DNA of 57,000 nt, counting the filler, from Bipalium vagum (taxonomy: Eukaryota): the NCBI GenBank assembly GCA_037834085.1. It is 3 parts of 3 records of this genome, joined end to end, with 100 filler letters (N's around TTAATTAATTAA, not from the genome) between each part and the next. Parts side by side here need not be neighbours in the genome. Positions count along the whole stretch, not along the records: positions 40,987 to 57,000 come from JBBMKC010132275.1; 2 more parts are not named here. The stretch is one strand, 5' to 3'. Below the pieces are notes generated by a model. The model did no database searches. It saw only the letters and a program-made list of their open reading frames with translations, and was not told where the DNA came from. Both the position numbers and the translations under genes were made by a program. Numbering within the stretch: the stretch's first letter is position 1; each line of letters opens with the position of its first letter. Below are positions 52,051 to 57,000 of this stretch, one piece after another.

Positions 52051-53729
52051 ATAATAATATAATTATTTTTATTATTATTACTAATTATTATTTTAATATT
52101 ATTGAGTATTTGACCATATTTTGAATTTTTAAATTTTTATAGTGTCCTTTTTTAAATCCTATATGAATATTCATTAATTTAATGTACTAGTTAATTTTAA
52201 ACTATTAATTTAATTTTAAAATATCTTTTTAAAAAAATAATAAGAGACTTTATTTAAATTTATTAATTTAAGGAAATTTGTTTAAGTACTTTTATTTTTC
52301 TTGGAATAAGAAAATTTTTGAAATTATATCTGAATTTATTGAAATAGCTGCTAACAATTATAATTAGTAATTAAGTTATTATTTTGACTTTTGGGGGCCC
52401 TAATAATTATTATCACTATCATTTTATCATCATTATTATTGCTCCAAAACCCAACAATTCTATTTTAAAGAAAATTGTTTTAATTAAAATGTTAAGTAAA
52501 TGTATTTTTTGAAAGCTTTCTCCATTCATAATGAGGATTTGTGAATTTTTTTTGGTTAAATTTTCTAAGTTTTCATAAAATTCTGTTATAGTGACTGGAG
52601 GTTTTGGTATGTGGTTTAATCGAAAATTTCACTGATTTATTTCTGGTCATTTAAAGCAATTATCGAATTATAAATGTTTTTTCATCTTGGAAAATTTAAA
52701 AATAAAAAATATGTATAGAAAAACATATTATTTACACACGGGTTTTATAATATTAAATTTTTTTAATTTAATTTAAATGTTATCACAACAATAAAAATGT
52801 GATCTGCGAAATATTTTTTTTATTTGATTTAATTTGTTAAATACAGACTTTATAATCAGTTCAGAATTGAGAAAAACCAGCTTAAAACATACTTTGTTTA
52901 TATTCTATTAGAATCATAAAAATGCTTTTCGAATAGTTGTAATGTTGACGATAATAATCATGTAACTGATAGAATAACTGTTTCTGAATAAGAAATAGTA
53001 TTGATCAATTTTAGTTGAAAATGGAATCGGTTTATGATCTCATTAATAGAAATCATATGCATTTATTTATCTAAGTGATTTCTACAAGATCCTTTACCTA
53101 ATTGGAATGTTCACAATTGGAAAATGATTTTAAAAAATTAAATTAACTCTTATTATCAAAAAGAAACAAATGTCTTTGAAAATATTACGCAACTTGTTGT
53201 CTTTTGTCAATATTTTAATTTCATTTTTTAAACAAAAATGTAAAATTAATATAAATATTTTGTGAATCATTTCAATTATTTTTATTCTTTTAATTAAGTA
53301 TTTAATTCTAATTATCTACATTTACTTTAGGATATAGTTTTTAATTGGATAATTCAAGATGATTCGATGATTCTTCGATTTTTATTTATTATTTTTACTG
53401 AATTAATTTGGCTAATATATATTCAAGCTTTTATTTTAAAAAGAATTCTTAGAAAATATAAGTTTTGCTGATTACTGATATTATAAAATTATATTTTTTA
53501 TACGCTTAGAAGGCTATTTTGTTATAATGTGCTAATTAAAAAATTATTGTATTAATAAAGTTTTTTCTATATCTCGACCAAATACTAATATTTATATTTT
53601 AAAAATTTTAGGTTCTTGTCCTACTTTATGGATTTATTTTCTGAACATATACTATAGTATAGCCATCTTTTTATATTAATTTGCATTTTAAATGTTTTTC
53701 TTTAATGGAAAATTAAAAATAAAGATGCA

Positions 53730-53930
53730 TTGAATAAGTTTCTCTGTGGAAAAAATTCTGCACAAAAAGCAAGAACCATAAACAAAAGTTTTGGTGAGGA
53801 AATGACCCGCGAAGCCGACCTAAGACAAAGGTCAATAATGATGAATTGAAACCTTGCTGAAATGATTCAATTCCTATCTCCAGTATCAATTACAGTTTCA
53901 AGACGGTTTCTGAAAAACTTAAAAGCCGAG
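53730..53930 (+). mobile_element. mariner N-terminal fragment
   Basis: EKNSAQKARTINKSFGEE (mariner A..I...FG motif). Confidence 0.45.
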
Positions 53931-53949
53931 ATCAAATGGTTTTTGTTCA

Positions 53950-55017
53950 TATTTATAGTGGAACTTATAGAAGCCCGTAATGAATCTTTGGTATTATGAG
54001 GATGTTTGTTCGTCTCCTTCTCTACAACGCCCCATACGAAATATTCAAAATGATTTAAATCGGTTGAGCTAGGTGACCATAAGTTTGGAGTGACATGTTC
54101 GTTAAAATTTAGCCATTGCCATTTTTGAGTTTTTAATGCTCTATGTCAGGGAGCTGAGTCTTGGAACATTTAAGACCTTCCGTGGGCAACTTTTTCAATC
54201 CACGGGTTCACATATATATCCAGACACTCGATATAAAGAGATTCATTAATTCTAAGTCCCTGTGGAAAAAAATACGGAGGCTTAACATAACCTTCGTGCT
54301 CACAAAACCCAATATCATTAAAGATGATGGAAACTTGGTGTGCATAACATTAGGGACTACAGTAGCACTAGAGCACAGCCATCGATCGTTCCTCCTATTA
54401 ACCTTATGATCTTGAGTAAAAAGTTTTTATCAGAAAAGAACCATAGCATGTTTGGATCATCAGGATGCTTGATTTTTTTTAAAAGACACTTCGAGTGGAT
54501 TAATCGATTTTCTTAGCTTTTTCCGATACAAAATGTCTTCTCATGACGTAGGACTTGCATATTAAATCACTATGTACTGTTCGTCTTACTGTTGACTCAG
54601 AAACAAATAGTCTATGGGCAATTTCTCTCATTGTTGCTTCGGGACTCTCATGAGCAACATCCTGGACTTTGAACAAAATTAACATTTCTGAACATGAGGA
54701 ATGAGTTTTTCTTTTAGATATAGAGGAAAAATTTTGATCAGATGACAAACATGCCTTTCTAAGTTTATTGGCAGACAATCTGGCTACCTTAAGAAATTTG
54801 GAAATTTCTAAGTCACTGTTTCCGGCGGTTATTGCAACAATTACTGCATACCTTTTCATTTCTTGTGTTAGTTCAAAAGTTATCTCCCATTTCTAAATTA
54901 AAAAATAAATATTTAATGTTGTATCAATAAATATTGCAAATCAATTTTAGAGCCACTAAAAAAACTATCATGACATATTTAAACAATTTTTGTCCTCAAA
55001 TAGCTGACGCGCGCTGT
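53950..55017 (-). mobile_element. DD37D/maT-family transposon, decayed
   Basis: N-terminal HTH MKRYAVIVAITAGNSDLEISKFLKVAR...TMREIA; core VMHTKFP, FQDSAP*H and DLNHFEYFVWGVVE...PHNTKDSL; 37 residues between the second and third catalytic positions. Confidence 0.88.
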
Positions 55018-55189
55018 GTATGGGTAGTAATAAACAAAGCTTAATATCCAGGGGAAAAATTAATAGCCTGTTTGATAGCCATTTGCTGATATTATTCACT
55101 GCAGTTTTCTCGAACCGGACATTACAATTAAATTTCATAATTATTATCGATCTTCACTGATTCTTCTATATGATATACTAGTCCTCACA

Positions 55190-55376
55190 CTTTCTTAAAG
55201 ACCGTTTCAGCATTGTTAGAAATGAGATTGGAAACTGTTAAACACCGATATAAATAATCTTCCTTTAAAATGGCAAAAGCTTATTGACAATATGGGTGAG
55301 TATTTTTTTACCTTTTATTTTCCAAAAAATGTGTAAATGCTTTCACTTAAATCAACAACTTCATAGGTGAACCTAA
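55190..55376 (+). mobile_element. mariner 3' end with TIR
   Basis: LPLKWQKLIDNMGEYF, then ACAACTTCATAGGTGAACCTAA-TA. Confidence 0.7.
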
Positions 55377-55899
55377 TAAATTTAATTTACGAAATTTAAC
55401 TAATTTTAGTATTGAAGTGCAAAAGTTCAAAAATTTGACTAAAACATATATATTTAATTAATAAAATTTTGAAATTTGATTCAAAAAATTGTATAAAAAA
55501 TGTAGATTTTAACAAAATTCCATGTAATCACGATAACGAATCTTGGATGAAATATTTGACTTCTTGAATATCATAGAAATATTTTCTAAGTTTGTGTTAA
55601 ATTTTATGAAGTTTTATTTAATTGTATTTGCTGAGTTTTCGTTCATGGACATCAGATATGGACATTAGATTTGATATACTTATCTGGTAAGGGGTGTGTT
55701 GCACGGCCATCGGTTTTGTGAAAAAGTTTGATGAGAAAGGAGTTATGGTTTAGTTGTGCCTGGAGATTGTAAGTAAAGGCTGTTTCTGATTGTGAAAATA
55801 TAAATGTTGGCATGATTCCCTTGAGTTTTCTTATTGGCATTCCCAGTGGACACGACTTATCATGGGGCCCATTGATCTAATTTTCCAAAAATCCATAAG

Positions 55900-56240
55900 C
55901 CAATATATGGAAGAACCCGAATACGTCACCCTAATAAAGGAACGCGTGCAAGAAGCGTGGAAAAAGGACTGGTTAAAGTATAAAACATAACCAAGATGTC
56001 ATAAAAGAAGCCTACGATAAAAAATTTAAGATTCCACAAGTTCGAGTCGGTGATAGAGTATTGGTAAAGCATAAAAAAAAGCACAGAGTAAAATTGAATC
56101 GATGAAAGGTTTCTAGTTTCTAATTTCATTTTAAAAGATCATCGAAAACCATCTAAAGATGCAAAAGTAACCCATATGAACCATCGTAAGAAAATTCGAC
56201 GGATCCTATCACTGACAAAACTAATGAATCGAAAACGTAT
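55900..56240 (+). mobile_element. Gypsy integrase C-terminal remnant
   Basis: KEAYDKKFKIPQVRVGDRVLVK ... KVTHMNHRK (VGD.VLV and V.H.NRLK motifs). Confidence 0.6.
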
Positions 56241-56925
56241 ATATATAAGGTAATTTCTTCTAAAACTTCTTAAAAATATAATAAAACCTCCACAAACGAG
56301 CCACGATATTATCTTCAATCTAGCAAATTTTTTTTTAATGTTTTTATTTATTATCTGTTAATTGTATTCAAAGAAATATTTGTCAGACTCACTTTTCCGT
56401 TATTATATCTTTCCGAACTATTATCAACTGATTGAGCCTAAAGCATCAACAGTCATTATTGTTGCATTTATTAACAAAACTTCCCAAATATCCAATACCA
56501 AACTCCATCCTATTAATGCATTATTTTCTAGTTATCGATTTATTTCACGACGAAGGCTGTTGTTCAACGGACTTCTTTTTGCAAGAGAGGAAATAATTTT
56601 GTTAAACCACGGAATGGCAGTTGTCTTACATGATCTATCATTTATATACATGTTTTGTCGCGTTAGTAGGGCATTGTACACAGGCAATAGCTTCTTCATG
56701 AATATTACAGGATTAAATTAAAACATGCTAACAATTGAGCAGTAGATCTGATAAAAAAGATGTGCGCGTCATGATTACATACAGGGTTTTTCACAATATG
56801 TAATATTTTTTTCGTGATGTTTTATACATTTTTAAATGTATAATAACATTTTTTAATCACTTCATGATTATAATAAACTATTAATTTTTATTGTCAGTTA
56901 CTTTAATTTCGTTAACCATTACAAA

Positions 56926-56944
56926 TTATTATTATTATTATTAC

Positions 56945-57000
<56 letters not shown>
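56926..57000. repeat. (ATT)n microsatellite
   Basis: Directly visible to the end of the window. Confidence 0.97.

Overview
This is very AT-rich animal (metazoan) genomic DNA with GT-AG spliceosomal introns, not prokaryotic sequence. Two identical 100-nt linkers (44 N + TTAATTAATTAA + 44 N at 20488-20587 and 40887-40986) indicate that three assembly pieces were joined artificially, so linkage across them cannot be trusted. Piece 1 (1-20487) holds decayed Ty3/Gypsy pol fragments, a secreted PAN/Apple-domain gene, and the first exon of a divergent Cys-loop (nAChR-like) receptor whose downstream exons I could not find. Piece 2 (20588-40886) holds a multi-exon MTSS1/MIM-like I-BAR gene, mostly invisible to the ORF track. 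Piece 3 (40987-57000) holds a five-exon NAD-dependent glycerol-3-phosphate dehydrogenase gene with a divergent active-site region. Introns and intergenic DNA contain decayed mariner, Tc1, DD37D/maT, pogo/Tigger, Merlin and possibly MULE and Penelope elements, plus microsatellites. I see no CRISPR array, tRNA, rRNA or multi-gene novel system. The best leads are the receptor lacking two aromatic-box residues, the altered GPDH catalytic segment and the orphan PAN protein. All alignments were made by eye against remembered family sequences.
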